Assembly: GCA_013425455.1 (NCBI GenBank)
Contig: JACCLI010000011.1
Span: forward strand, 1 to 48,643
Direction: 5' to 3'
Source: Candidatus Micrarchaeota archaeon
GTDB taxonomy: Archaea > Micrarchaeota > Micrarchaeia > Anstonellales > Bilamarchaeaceae
Length of the DNA: 48,643 nt
Shown: piece after piece, positions 1-9,251 of the stretch
How the letters are laid out: every line of letters starts with the position of its first letter
Numbering within the stretch: the first letter of the stretch is position 1
Position numbers and translations under genes: made by a program
Notes under the pieces: generated by a model
What the model was told of the DNA's origin: nothing
The model's input: the letters and a program-made list of their open reading frames with translations, nothing else
Database searches by the model: none

Positions 1-10
1 TAAATATGAA

Positions 11-128
11 GTGTCAGCAGCAGTCCGCGTTCCCGTCCGTAGGACAGTACAGGCAAAACCGTAAAGGGGCTTAACTTCCGAGTTCGAGATGGGATCGGGT
101 GTTTCCCCCTTCCTATGGCCGCTGACAA
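11..128 (-). rRNA. 5S ribosomal RNA (stand-alone, ends +/-3 nt)
   Basis: Reverse complement reads GUCAGCGGCCAUAGGAAGGGGGAAACACCCGAUCCCAUCUCGAACUCGGAAGUUAAGCCCC...GGACUGCUGCUGAC. It contains the conserved 5S block CCCGAUCCCAUCUCGAACUCGGAAGUUAAGC. The terminal helix I is GUCAGCGG/CUGCUGAC. Confidence 0.85.
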
Positions 129-150
129 AATATTGATAGTCGGGAAGGGT

Positions 151-158
151 TTTTAAAA
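151..158. promoter_or_regulatory. Palindromic TATA-like box TTTTAAAA, possibly serving both the 5S rRNA (minus) and the CDS at 184 (plus)
   Basis: The box lies about 23-30 nt from the 5S 5' end (about 126-128) and about 26-33 nt from ATG 184. This is classical archaeal TATA spacing in both directions. Confidence 0.4.
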
Positions 159-183
159 CATATCCATACACTAATAATCTAAT

Positions 184-1332
184 ATGACCACCAAACCATC
201 CTACAAGATCCCTCCTATGAGCCATGACCATGTCCGCTGGGCAATAGGGGACATCCTGAAGGACCCGGAGGGGCCGCTCAAGGGCGTGAGGATGCCCGAG
301 GCGCTTTCCGGTGGCAAGCCTGACGCGCAGGCTGTGGTTGACCTCCTCTCATCCTGCGGCATAAGGCGGGGGGCGAAAGAATTCTTTTCCAGGGTGCTGG
401 AAAACGCGGATGAGGACGCGGATCTGGTGGACCGCCACATCGCCGGGTACGGAAAGGGGCTGAACATCGCCGCAAAATCGCTCATACGCATAATTGTCGT
501 GAACACGAAGGAAGAAAAGCCGGATATGGAGATGGAATCCGCCCTTTTCGCATGCATCGATGCCGCGGGCAAGATGCGTGAGAAGGACAGCGGGCTTGCG
601 CTCGCCTTCCTTGAATTCTGCGGAAGCGCGGCATTCGGCTCCGAGCATCTCAAGAAGGTTTCCAGGCATTGCGGAAGGGATGAGGTGATCGAAACGGCTC
701 TCTCGATCAAACAGTCCCCGAAGGAGAACACCGGCTCCGTAATGGAGGAATTCTTCCTTGCAGTGCACCAAGTGGCCTGCAACATAAAGGAGGAACACGA
801 AATCGAGGGGATCCTCCGATTCTTCCTGGAAGCGTGCCTTACCGTCTCAGGGAAATGCCCAGAAGCGCTCTATTCCTTCATATATTATTTCTGCAATTCC
901 TCCTGGGAGAGCATCGAGGAAGGTTTGCTCTACATTGGAATATTCTCAACCCCGGGAGTTCTGCAGGCATTCTCTTCCATGGGCAAGAACTATGCGCGCA
1001 TAGCGGAACTTGCGGATGAATGCTTTAATATCGCGAAGTCGGCGGCGAATAGGGCGGATGAAGGCTGCGACGGCATCCAGGAGGCGGTCCCATGCTTCTC
1101 CGAAGCTCTTGGAAAGCTGGGCGGCAGCTGGCCGGCGGCAACAATCCCCTTCGCTCGGTATTTCCACATGCTTCTGAAGGACAAAAAACTAGAGAGTGTG
1201 CAGCGGCTTGCGGACAATTTCACCTCGGAAGATAACCTCCGGGCGCTGGAAGACCTGAAGGACGACCCGCGGATGCAGCTTGCCCTTATGGAAGCCTGCT
1301 ACATGGCCGCGGTGGGCACCGCAGCAAACTAG
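184..1332 (+). CDS. Hypothetical all-alpha cytoplasmic protein (382 aa)
   Basis: Long ORF with protein-like composition and TATA-like spacing upstream. No motif I can assign. The antisense ORFs are Arg/Pro/Ser-rich shadows. Confidence 0.6.
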   Translation: MTTKPSYKIPPMSHDHVRWAIGDILKDPEGPLKGVRMPEALSGGKPDAQAVVDLLSSCGIRRGAKEFFSRVLENADEDADLVDRHIAGYGKGLNIAAKSLIRIIVVNTKEEKPDMEMESALFACIDAAGKMREKDSGLALAFLEFCGSAAFGSEHLKKVSRHCGRDEVIETALSIKQSPKENTGSVMEEFFLAVHQVACNIKEEHEIEGILRFFLEACLTVSGKCPEALYSFIYYFCNSSWESIEEGLLYIGIFSTPGVLQAFSSMGKNYARIAELADECFNIAKSAANRADEGCDGIQEAVPCFSEALGKLGGSWPAATIPFARYFHMLLKDKKLESVQRLADNFTSEDNLRALEDLKDDPRMQLALMEACYMAAVGTAAN

Positions 1333-1368
1333 CAAACGAGTTAAATCCTTTTGCTGCAAATTCCTTTC

Positions 1369-2523
1369 ATGTCCCTTCTTGTAGGCATAGTGGGCAAGCC
1401 CAACGCGGGCAAAAGCACCTTCTTCTCTTCCCTCACGATGGTTGATGCGAAGATTGCGCCTTATCCGTTCACTACTCTGGAGCCGAACACCGGGGTCGGG
1501 CACGTGCGCAAGAAGTGCCCGCATTTGGAAAGGGGGAAGAAATGCTCGCCCCAGGATTCCGCGTGCGAAAATGGAATTCGGTATGTGCCGGTGAAGCTTT
1601 TGGATGTTGCCGGGCTTGTGCCCGAGGCGCACAAGGGGCGCGGGCTGGGATTGCAGTTTTTGGACGACCTCCGGACCGCGGACGGCTTCATACAGGTGGT
1701 GGACGGGAGCGGCAAGAGCGATTTGGAGGGGAACCCCACGCAGGGGGCGGACCCGGCGGACGAAGTGCGCTTTTTGGAGCTGGAGCTAGAACAGTGGATA
1801 TTCGGCATTTTGGAGAAGAATTGGAAGAAGATAAAGGGGCGCGGGATTGCGGAGCTCGCGGAAATCCTCACTGGATTGAAGGTCACTATCCCGCAGGCGG
1901 AGAGGATTGCAAAGGAGCTGAACCTGCCTTTGGAGAGAATAGAGTGGAACGAGGCGGAGCGCCTCTCCTTTGCGAAAAAGATACTCGAGACGAAGCCGAT
2001 GGTGGTTGCGGCTAACAAGATGGACTCCGGCGCGGATTTGAAGGCACTGCAAAAGGAATTGCACGGTAAAAAGGTAATCCCCTGCTCCGCGCTCTACGAA
2101 CTGGTCCTGAGGAAGGCTGCGAAAGCGGGGAGCATCGAATACTGGCCAGGGGACGCGGACTTCAAGATTCTGAAGGCAACCAAGGAGCAGGAGGAGGCGC
2201 TGAAGCGCGTAAAGGATTATCTTTCCACGCACGGAAGCAGCGGGGTGCAGCAGGCGCTCGAGTCCCTTGTGTTTGGCGGCTTGCACCGGATCGCGGCATA
2301 CCCTGTGGAGGATGAGTCCAAATGGGAGGACAGGAAGGGCAATCTCCTCCCGAACGTGCACCTGATGGAGGAGGGAAGCACCGCAATCGATCTGGCGGAG
2401 AGGGTGCACACCGACCTCGCGAAGAAATTCATAGGCGCGATAGACGCAAAAACGGGAAAACGCATAGGAAAAGAATATGTATTAAAAGACTCTGATGTGA
2501 TTAAGATAGTCTCAGGAAGGTGA
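1369..2523 (+). CDS. Obg-superfamily GTPase with C-terminal TGS domain (Ygr210/YchF-like)
   Basis: G1 GKPNAGKST, G3 DVAGLVPEAHKGRGLG, G4 AANKMD, and a C-terminal TGS-like KDSDVIKIVSGR. Start taken at ATG 1369 (MSLLVGIVG). The ORF track starts at TTG 1351. Confidence 0.8.
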   Translation: MSLLVGIVGKPNAGKSTFFSSLTMVDAKIAPYPFTTLEPNTGVGHVRKKCPHLERGKKCSPQDSACENGIRYVPVKLLDVAGLVPEAHKGRGLGLQFLDDLRTADGFIQVVDGSGKSDLEGNPTQGADPADEVRFLELELEQWIFGILEKNWKKIKGRGIAELAEILTGLKVTIPQAERIAKELNLPLERIEWNEAERLSFAKKILETKPMVVAANKMDSGADLKALQKELHGKKVIPCSALYELVLRKAAKAGSIEYWPGDADFKILKATKEQEEALKRVKDYLSTHGSSGVQQALESLVFGGLHRIAAYPVEDESKWEDRKGNLLPNVHLMEEGSTAIDLAERVHTDLAKKFIGAIDAKTGKRIGKEYVLKDSDVIKIVSGR

Positions 2524-2527
2524 TTTT

Positions 2528-3865
2528 TTGGACAAGAATATATTATATCCAATAATATCAGTAATCGTGGTCATACTGGTCGCGGCGGGCATATACATTG
2601 CCGCAGAGGCGCTGGGCGGAACGAAGCCACACGACGGGGGTGGGGAAACCGCCATAAATGCAAGCGAACTCTACTTCCGCGCGATAGAGAAGCCCATCGG
2701 GGCCGGCGATTATATCTATTCATACAGGGAATCCTACGAGAACGGCTACTGGATGGACGTGACGGTTTCCAGGAAGGGGGACCTGCAATACGTGGAAAAG
2801 AGGGACCCTGCATACGGAAGACAGGCGTATCTCCAGCCGAATTCCACAATATTGTGCATAAAACACCTGAACGATAACATATGCGTCTCCCTGAACAGCA
2901 CCTCCCGCTTCATCAGCTATGCTGGAGACCTCGGAAGGATGCTCTACGACCAGGAGGCGCTGCGCCAGATGTCCGAGATGAACAGGAAGCTCCATTCCCA
3001 TGGCGCGCTTGTTTTTGAGGAGGCCTCGGAAAAAACAGTGAACGGCCATGAATGCGTGGAATTGAATTATAGCATAGATTATTCCGGCCTCACCGTGGCA
3101 CAGCTCAACGACATGGGCCTCTCGGTGAACAGCCCGCTTGTGCTCCGATCCAAGCAATACAACTATTCCATGTGCGTGGACCCGGAGAGCTACGAAATGT
3201 ACGAGAAGAGGATAGACTTCGTGGACCTGGGCCAGTACCGGATGATAAGGTCTGAGACCTCGACCATCACCTGGGGCACGGGGATGGATGTAACGGTGCC
3301 CACCCAGCTCTCCAGCGAGGATGACCTGTACGGGCTTTATGCAAACGTGAAGCAGGAGGCTGATGAATACTATGCCTGCCTTGGCCAGAACGGCTCCGAC
3401 AGGTGCATAGCCGAGGTTGCGATCGGCTGGAAGGACCCGGTGCTTTGCGAAGAGACGCAGGCAGAGAAAGATTTCTGCTTCCTCAACGCGGGCCTGGGTG
3501 CTGAGGACCCTTCAGCATGCGATAAGGTGAGCGCAAGCATAAAGGACACCTGCTATATAGAATTCGCGAACAAGATGAAGAATACGAGCTTCTGCGGGCT
3601 CATCATCAACGCTACGATGAAGCAGCAGTGCCTCGCGCTCAACATGACCGGGACCGGTGAATGCGGCAGGGATGCGGACTGCGTGCGCGCGGGATGCTCC
3701 TCTCAATTGTGCCTGCCGGCCTCACAGAGCGACACGATTACAACGTGCGAATATGTGCCCGAGTTCGCATGCCTCGCGCAGACTACATGCGGATGTGTGG
3801 ACGGGCGGTGCTCCTGGAGGCAGACGCCGGAGTACCTTAACTGCTTAAACCAAACTATGGGGTGA
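2528..3865 (+). CDS. Membrane-anchored/secreted protein with cysteine-rich C-terminal domain
   Basis: N-terminal hydrophobic helix ILYPIISVIVVILVAAGIYIAA. Several N-x-S/T sequons. The C-terminus is CGRDADCVRAGCSSQLCLPAS..TCEYVPEFACLAQTTCGCVDGRCSW, with 9 Cys in about 55 aa. TTG start in the ORF track. Confidence 0.6.
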   Translation: MDKNILYPIISVIVVILVAAGIYIAAEALGGTKPHDGGGETAINASELYFRAIEKPIGAGDYIYSYRESYENGYWMDVTVSRKGDLQYVEKRDPAYGRQAYLQPNSTILCIKHLNDNICVSLNSTSRFISYAGDLGRMLYDQEALRQMSEMNRKLHSHGALVFEEASEKTVNGHECVELNYSIDYSGLTVAQLNDMGLSVNSPLVLRSKQYNYSMCVDPESYEMYEKRIDFVDLGQYRMIRSETSTITWGTGMDVTVPTQLSSEDDLYGLYANVKQEADEYYACLGQNGSDRCIAEVAIGWKDPVLCEETQAEKDFCFLNAGLGAEDPSACDKVSASIKDTCYIEFANKMKNTSFCGLIINATMKQQCLALNMTGTGECGRDADCVRAGCSSQLCLPASQSDTITTCEYVPEFACLAQTTCGCVDGRCSWRQTPEYLNCLNQTMG

Positions 3866-3869
3866 AAAA

Positions 3870-4250
3870 ATGATAGTGAACTCTAGAGTGAATAAGATAG
3901 AAGCGACAAGGGATAAGGACGGGCCGGGAAAGGGCCTCAAGATAAAGATTGACATCAAGGATGTCGGCGGCAAGGGCGAGGACGTGGATGTCGGATACGA
4001 ATTCACGGCCGAATACTTGGAGGATGTGGGAAAAATCTTCTTGGCCGGGGAGATAACCGACCGCGTGGAGAAGAAGGCCGCGGATGAGGCAAGGAAGATG
4101 TGGAAGGAGAAGAAGGAGATTTCCCCTGAATACAAGCTTTCCCTGCTCAATTCCATAAACTATGTGGCCAGCATAGAGGGTGTGCTTGCATCCAAAATCG
4201 TTAGGCTTCCGCCTCCGATTGCGCCACCGCGCCTCACGAAGAAAGAGTGA
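3870..4250 (+). CDS. Hypothetical small acidic/basic protein (126 aa)
   Basis: Clean ORF 4 nt after the previous stop, with protein-like composition. No recognisable motif. Confidence 0.55.
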   Translation: MIVNSRVNKIEATRDKDGPGKGLKIKIDIKDVGGKGEDVDVGYEFTAEYLEDVGKIFLAGEITDRVEKKAADEARKMWKEKKEISPEYKLSLLNSINYVASIEGVLASKIVRLPPPIAPPRLTKKE

Positions 4251-5406
4251 CCGCACCTTTCAGGAGAAGGTACATTCCATACGAAAGGGGAACTTCTTTC
4301 TTTTCCCCTTTCTCCAATTTTTCCATCGTTGAGTTTAGGAACTCCTGCGCAGGTATTGGCTGGAGCGCCTCTATTTTGATTGGCTCCCCCCCAAAAGCTG
4401 CCGCATCCCTGTAAGGCTCGAAGTTATCTAGCGATTTGAGCTCCTTTGCAATCAGGCCAGTGGAGCCGTGCAGTGTGTTCGGGACGCGGATGAGCCTCTT
4501 GGTGTCTATTGTCACGCCCGTATCCACATCTATGCATTGCACCGGCAGCATCTTCGCCACCACCCCCATCCTGTCCACGATGTCCTTGATGCTGGTCTTG
4601 CTCCAGAGCCCCGTGCGCATCCCCTCCCTCAAAAGGGCGGCTTCCTCCGGCTTCAGGAGCCTGCGGTGGATTGCGCCCGGATTCTCCTCCAACAACTTCA
4701 CGGCCATCCTGTAGAACCTTCCGCGATAGCCCCAATCCCCCTCCCTCGGCCCGTATGTTTTCCATTTGTCCTCCTCCGGGGAGGAGAAGAAACTCCTGTA
4801 ATCTAATCCTTTTCCTGCTATGTAATCGCTTATCTCCCTTCTCGCGTCCCCCTCCAGCATCCTGTACGCCGGGTCCCGCACGTGCACATGGTATCCCCGG
4901 TTCCCTGAGAACACTATCTTGAGGCTGTCCCTCCGCACGCCGAAATCCGAGAGCAGGAAGTCCTCCACCAGCCTCATTGCGTCGCTTCTCACTTTTTCCT
5001 GCTCCTCCTTAGATAGGAAAAGCCCCGCGTGCACGTCCAGGTCAAATATGAGGTCCCCGCCGCCCCACCCCTTGTTCTCCATCGGGGTCGCCTTCGGGAA
5101 CTTGTAGTATGCGATTGAATGTGAGATGTAGAGCGGGGTGTCCTTGATTAGGTAATTCTGCAGGGCCGCGTTGCTCTCGAAGCCCATGTGCCTGGACTCT
5201 ATCTTCTTCTCGAAGCCGCCCACCCCGAACTCCCTCTGCTCCACGCTGGGCACCTCTATGCTAGCCTTCCGGTAGTATTCCGAGAAGCGCTTCAGGACGA
5301 ACTGCTTTTCCTTTTCTTCCAATTTTCCACCTTTCCCTTCCAATTCAGCGGGCTGCCTATCCTGCAGTCCGCGACGCAAATCCCGTAGCTCAGGAGCGTT
5401 GCGCAC
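4234..5406 (-). CDS. priS: DNA primase small (catalytic) subunit PriS
   Basis: Archaeo-eukaryotic primase motifs DLIFDLDVH, SGNRGYHVHV and RVPNTLHGSTGL. ATG 5406 overlaps priL by about 115 nt. A TTG at 5322 (giving MEEKEKQFVLKRFSEYY) or at 5343 is the more likely start. Confidence 0.85.
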   Translation of the reverse strand: MRNAPELRDLRRGLQDRQPAELEGKGGKLEEKEKQFVLKRFSEYYRKASIEVPSVEQREFGVGGFEKKIESRHMGFESNAALQNYLIKDTPLYISHSIAYYKFPKATPMENKGWGGGDLIFDLDVHAGLFLSKEEQEKVRSDAMRLVEDFLLSDFGVRRDSLKIVFSGNRGYHVHVRDPAYRMLEGDARREISDYIAGKGLDYRSFFSSPEEDKWKTYGPREGDWGYRGRFYRMAVKLLEENPGAIHRRLLKPEEAALLREGMRTGLWSKTSIKDIVDRMGVVAKMLPVQCIDVDTGVTIDTKRLIRVPNTLHGSTGLIAKELKSLDNFEPYRDAAAFGGEPIKIEALQPIPAQEFLNSTMEKLEKGEKKEVPLSYGMYLLLKGAVTLSS

Positions 5407-6245
5407 GCGGGCATGGTGTACCCCCTCTTGACCACGTGCTCCAGCTGGTATTTGGTTTTCTTTTCATCGTAATCCGGCAGGTTTGAGAAGATTGAATGGA
5501 CCTTTTCCATTGATACATTTTTCGATAATAGATAAACTGCCAGCGCCCACCTCGCCTGGTGGTTGAGGTTCTGGTGCGCCCTCGCCTGTTCCAATAGTTT
5601 TTCTATGCAGGGGGGGTTGTCGCCCTCCTTGAAGCTCATCTTCATCACCGCCTCCTTCGGGACGAGCACCATGAGCTTTTTGGAATATTCCTGGATTATC
5701 TTCGGAGGGCTCTGCACCGGCTTGAGCGCCTCCATCCTTATTCTCACCGCCTCCTCCATCAGCCTGATTACCTCCGGCCTTTTCACCTCCACGAAACCTT
5801 TCGCGACGTTGCGGAAGATGAGGCGGTAGTCCACGGAGCGGGGAGAAAAGGAAACGTACTGGGAGACGGGCAGCACCATCCTTCCCTCGAACTCAGTGGG
5901 CTTTATGCCCAGTTCGTCACCCAATTTTCTGATGTTTTCCTCGGAGTCCGAGCGCATAAATGAAGAGGCGCGCTTCGCCTCCGCGACCGCGAACCTCCCG
6001 GTGAGAAACCTGTTTTTCAGATATGCGAGCATCACCCTCGCCGCCGCATACGAGCCTAATTCGATAAGTTCGTCCGAGGGGTGCAGGCGGTAGGCGTGCT
6101 CCTTTTCCCCTTTCAGCGCGGCGACCACCCTCTGCACCGCCCTTTCCATTATCTCATCATTCAGTTCCAGGGAGGAGCCTTCCACCTTCTGTTTCGCTTC
6201 GGAGGTGAAGGGGTATTTGGATGAAAACGAGAACTCCATACGCAC
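5292..6245 (-). CDS. priL: DNA primase large subunit PriL
   Basis: Fe-S cluster cysteines in PPCIEKLL and MPACATLLSYGICVADC. Lies immediately upstream of and overlapping priS. Confidence 0.85.
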   Translation of the reverse strand: MRMEFSFSSKYPFTSEAKQKVEGSSLELNDEIMERAVQRVVAALKGEKEHAYRLHPSDELIELGSYAAARVMLAYLKNRFLTGRFAVAEAKRASSFMRSDSEENIRKLGDELGIKPTEFEGRMVLPVSQYVSFSPRSVDYRLIFRNVAKGFVEVKRPEVIRLMEEAVRIRMEALKPVQSPPKIIQEYSKKLMVLVPKEAVMKMSFKEGDNPPCIEKLLEQARAHQNLNHQARWALAVYLLSKNVSMEKVHSIFSNLPDYDEKKTKYQLEHVVKRGYTMPACATLLSYGICVADCRIGSPLNWKGKVENWKKRKSSSS

Positions 6246-6297
6246 CTATTTTGCGCTGGAGGGAATAAAACTGTTTTGGGACCGGGTTTCCGCTAAT

Positions 6298-6687
6298 TCA
6301 GGCGGCATCCTTCTGGCTGGCCCTGCCCTCGAACCTGTCGAATTCCGCTGTCGCCACGAAAAGAAGCTCGGTGCTGAGTATCGCGAAAAATTCCGCCTTG
6401 GGCCAGACGCCTGTGACGGTTTTCGCCGATTCCAGGGCCGTGTCCACATCCTTTGCCTTCCACGCTTCCAGCCCAGCCTTCATTCTGGCTGCCACAATCT
6501 CTACCGCGACAAGCTGCAGCTCCCTCACTTCCTTCTGTGTGGAGGGGGGTTTTGGGGGCTGCTCCACAGCCAGTCTATCCTTAAAATCAGGGGTTTCTAC
6601 CCTTCCCCTTCGTTCAGAAACAGGAGTTATGTGAGAGATTTTCGCCTCTCGCCCTTGGATAACAAACCCTACGCCACTCGATTCCAT
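6298..6687 (-). CDS. Hypothetical protein upstream of priL
   Basis: Minus-strand ORF starting MESSGVGFVIQGREAKI. It is more protein-like than the overlapping plus-strand ORFs 6205..6720 and 6371..6634. Same strand as priL. Start ATG 6687 (ORF track: TTG 6702). Confidence 0.4.
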   Translation of the reverse strand: MESSGVGFVIQGREAKISHITPVSERRGRVETPDFKDRLAVEQPPKPPSTQKEVRELQLVAVEIVAARMKAGLEAWKAKDVDTALESAKTVTGVWPKAEFFAILSTELLFVATAEFDRFEGRASQKDAA

Positions 6688-6771
6688 ATTCTCGCCTTGC
6701 AATTATACAAAGAGGTGTGAATTAAGTAAAATAAATGCACCGAACCAAGGTTCCAAAATCCTCATGCCGAC

Positions 6772-7110
6772 TCAGGCAGCCCTATCCGCAGAACGCGGCT
6801 CCTGCAACAGCTCGCCAACGTATGGCACCAGCGCCTCAGTCACAGCAGAGCCAACGATTACAAAGAACTCCTGCATCATCCTCCTATTATCGTACGGCAT
6901 GGTGATGTCCGCCTCAATCATGGCGCCCTCCGCGGCCTTCTTAAGGCGCGGGTCGGTGAGCTTATCCACCAGCGCCGCGAGCTTGGCCAATACCGCTTCC
7001 CTTTCCGGGTCTTTCTTCAGTTCCCTCTTCCCAAAATCAGCAACTTCTCTGCCGTAACTGAACTTTCGCACTTTTCTTACTTCGGTCGCCGCGCTTGCCA
7101 TTCCTTCCAT
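6772..7110 (-). CDS. Hypothetical protein (112 aa)
   Basis: ORF with balanced composition. The upstream element ATAAATTTATATT (reverse complement of about 7146-7158) lies about 35-45 nt from the ATG. Confidence 0.5.
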   Translation of the reverse strand: MEGMASAATEVRKVRKFSYGREVADFGKRELKKDPEREAVLAKLAALVDKLTDPRLKKAAEGAMIEADITMPYDNRRMMQEFFVIVGSAVTEALVPYVGELLQEPRSADRAA

Positions 7111-7178
7111 TTTCGCACTTGCATCTAGATTAATCTGAAAAAGAATATAAATTTATGCACTACAGCATCCGCGGAGAA

Positions 7179-7679
7179 TCATCTGGGCTCGGTAATCATT
7201 CTTGCCGGATCAAGAAGATCTGCAGGAAGCTTTGAGAAGAATTCGCTCATCGGGCTCATTCCGTCGGGCACAAACCTCGCATCCCTTGCCGCAACCTCCA
7301 GCCTGCACATCAGCCCCAGCAATTCAATCTCGGACAAATCCGGAAACAGGTAGCGCATGCGCCTAGACAGACCCTCCTGCACAAGCCATATCTCCATTAT
7401 TTCCATTCCGCGGGGAATCTCATCTTTTTTTGGTCTGAAAGGCACATCACGGGTAATCTCATCCGCGCTCGACCTTGCCCGGGCCTCCTGTTTCCCGCAG
7501 GCCGCCATTGGCTCCGGAGGCACGATAAAGGAGCGGTTATGCCTTATCCTTGCAACCAGCAGCGCCTGCACAGGGAACTCGCTGGTGTCTTCCGGGTCCT
7601 CGCTCCTGAGCCTTGCGCGTGGAGCGCCCTGCCTGAAAAGAATTCGCCTGGGCATTTTACCATTTGTATCTGCGCACAT
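7179..7679 (-). CDS. Hypothetical protein (166 aa)
   Basis: ORF preceded (reverse complement of about 7708-7722) by the same ATAAATTTATATT element about 30 nt upstream of ATG 7679. No motif assigned. Confidence 0.5.
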   Translation of the reverse strand: MCADTNGKMPRRILFRQGAPRARLRSEDPEDTSEFPVQALLVARIRHNRSFIVPPEPMAACGKQEARARSSADEITRDVPFRPKKDEIPRGMEIMEIWLVQEGLSRRMRYLFPDLSEIELLGLMCRLEVAARDARFVPDGMSPMSEFFSKLPADLLDPARMITEPR

Positions 7680-7724
7680 GGGAACCGGTCTGAGCGCCTA
7701 TAAGCAAAAAAAAGAAATATAAAT

Positions 7725-8234
7725 TTATCTCCTGCGCATGGGCCGGATTTTCTCCCCGAGGTAATGCGCCACGGTGAGGTACGCCATGTCGAATGCGACG
7801 AGGAGTATGAAGTACGTCCACGCGCCCGTGATCAATCCGATGCTTAGCGCCCCTCCCTTCAGCCAGAGCCTGTATTCGCCCAGAGGTGCGAGGTCGCCCG
7901 TGAGCGGTATCTCGTCTATGCATGAGAGGATGAAGAACGCGAGCAGGAACCACATGTCTATGGCGCCTATCCCGTAGAAAAGGGCGATCACGACCGCAAC
8001 CAGCACCGCGAGCCCGTGCGCGACCCTGTCCACCTTCGCCATGAAGACCTGCGCCGCGATTATCGCAAGGAACAGTGATGCGGCGGGGGAGAACGAGAGC
8101 AAAAATGCGTATGCGAGCCCGGCGATTATCGCGAGGGGCCATTTGATAAGGCCTTTCCCCGCCCTCTCGTCTTCTATGAAGTCGACGACCTTTATCGACC
8201 CTCCGGAAATCACAGCCGCAAGAACATCGTACAT
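7725..8234 (-). CDS. Integral membrane protein, unknown function
   Basis: Four to five hydrophobic helices (LAIIAGLAYAFLLSF, LFLAIIAAQVF, LAVLVAVVIALFYGIGAI, WFLLAFFILS, ITGAWTYFILLVAF). Confidence 0.6.
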   Translation of the reverse strand: MYDVLAAVISGGSIKVVDFIEDERAGKGLIKWPLAIIAGLAYAFLLSFSPAASLFLAIIAAQVFMAKVDRVAHGLAVLVAVVIALFYGIGAIDMWFLLAFFILSCIDEIPLTGDLAPLGEYRLWLKGGALSIGLITGAWTYFILLVAFDMAYLTVAHYLGEKIRPMRRR

Positions 8235-8279
8235 ATTCTACCCCGCGCAGAGTATCTTTCGGAAAAGTTAAATGCGTTC

Positions 8280-9185
8280 CTACTCCTGCGCCGCGTACCA
8301 AATAAGCGGGAAGGCGAGCGTGGCATCCGCCCTTACAGTAACGTGCTTCCCTGCTTCCGAAATCTTTCCCCAGCTTATTGCTTCGGATGCTGGGGCGCCG
8401 CTTAAACTGCCGTCGTAGGATTCGGAGGTGGAAACATAGAGGGCGTAGTCAAGGCCGCCGCGAAGCAGGTTTACCCCAATTGTGTGATGCTTGGAAATCC
8501 CCCCTCCCAAAACTATCGCCGCGGTCTTGTCCGCGTTCAGCACAATGTCCGCCAGCCCCTTCATATCTTTCGTCACATCTATGGCAAACTCCCTGTGCTT
8601 CTGCTTCGCAAAATATGCCTGCAAACCGATTGCGGAATCGGTTATTCCAGGGGAGAACACGGGCACCTTCCTCTCATATGCCCAATGCAAAAACGAGTTC
8701 TCATCCTTTATGTTCCTGCCCATCTCAAAGGCGAATTCAGAAGGGGAGACGGGCGAGCGCTTCGCAAGCTCCGCGAAAATGGGTTTCAGTTTTTCTTCCA
8801 ATAATTCGTATCTGTCATTCGGAACAAGTATATTCCCTATCCTATTCACCCCCTCCTGGTGGAGCTTCGCGTCATCCGCGGAAAAGGAGCCCAGGAAATA
8901 TGATTCGTATGCCTTGATCATGTCGTGGTCCAATGAGCCGCCTGTTGTGATGATTGCATTCACCCATCCCTTTTTCACCATCTGCGCAAAAATCCCGCGG
9001 AGCCCGGAAGCCGCCATGTTTGCGGTGAACGCCAAAAAAACAGTGCACTTCTCCTTTTTTATCCTCTTTATGAGTTCCACTGCCTTCTGTAATTCCGTTG
9101 CCTGGAACCCCGCGTCACCGTAAGCATTTATGAGTTCGGAAAGCTTCGGCGCCTTCTCGAATTTGAAATCCTTTATCTCGTCCAT
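8280..9185 (-). CDS. dys: Deoxyhypusine synthase
   Basis: About 300 aa with the characteristic blocks TTGGSLDHD, VFSPGITDSAIG, LGGGISKHH and VSTSESYDGSLSGA. TATA-like TTTTTATATT lies about 25 nt upstream. Confidence 0.9.
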   Translation of the reverse strand: MDEIKDFKFEKAPKLSELINAYGDAGFQATELQKAVELIKRIKKEKCTVFLAFTANMAASGLRGIFAQMVKKGWVNAIITTGGSLDHDMIKAYESYFLGSFSADDAKLHQEGVNRIGNILVPNDRYELLEEKLKPIFAELAKRSPVSPSEFAFEMGRNIKDENSFLHWAYERKVPVFSPGITDSAIGLQAYFAKQKHREFAIDVTKDMKGLADIVLNADKTAAIVLGGGISKHHTIGVNLLRGGLDYALYVSTSESYDGSLSGAPASEAISWGKISEAGKHVTVRADATLAFPLIWYAAQE

Positions 9186-9251
9186 GGGTTGGATTGGGCT
9201 TCAGGAATATAAAAAGATGACGGAATGGAATAAGAAAGGAAAAAAGAAAAG

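Noticed and set aside
6205-6720. 171-aa plus-strand ORF (and 6371..6634 +) overlapping the minus-strand ORF upstream of priL.
   Set aside because: - The translation is Cys/Arg/Phe/Leu-rich and not protein-like, and the ORF would overlap the priL start.
- The minus-strand reading is more plausible and co-directional with priL.
- Even that call is low confidence.
7141-7722. A shared ATATAAATTTAT element upstream of both the 6772..7110 and 7179..7679 genes, considered as a special regulatory repeat.
   Set aside because: - It is only about 12-13 nt long and AT-rich, at TATA-box distance from each start.
- It is most simply two similar core promoters.
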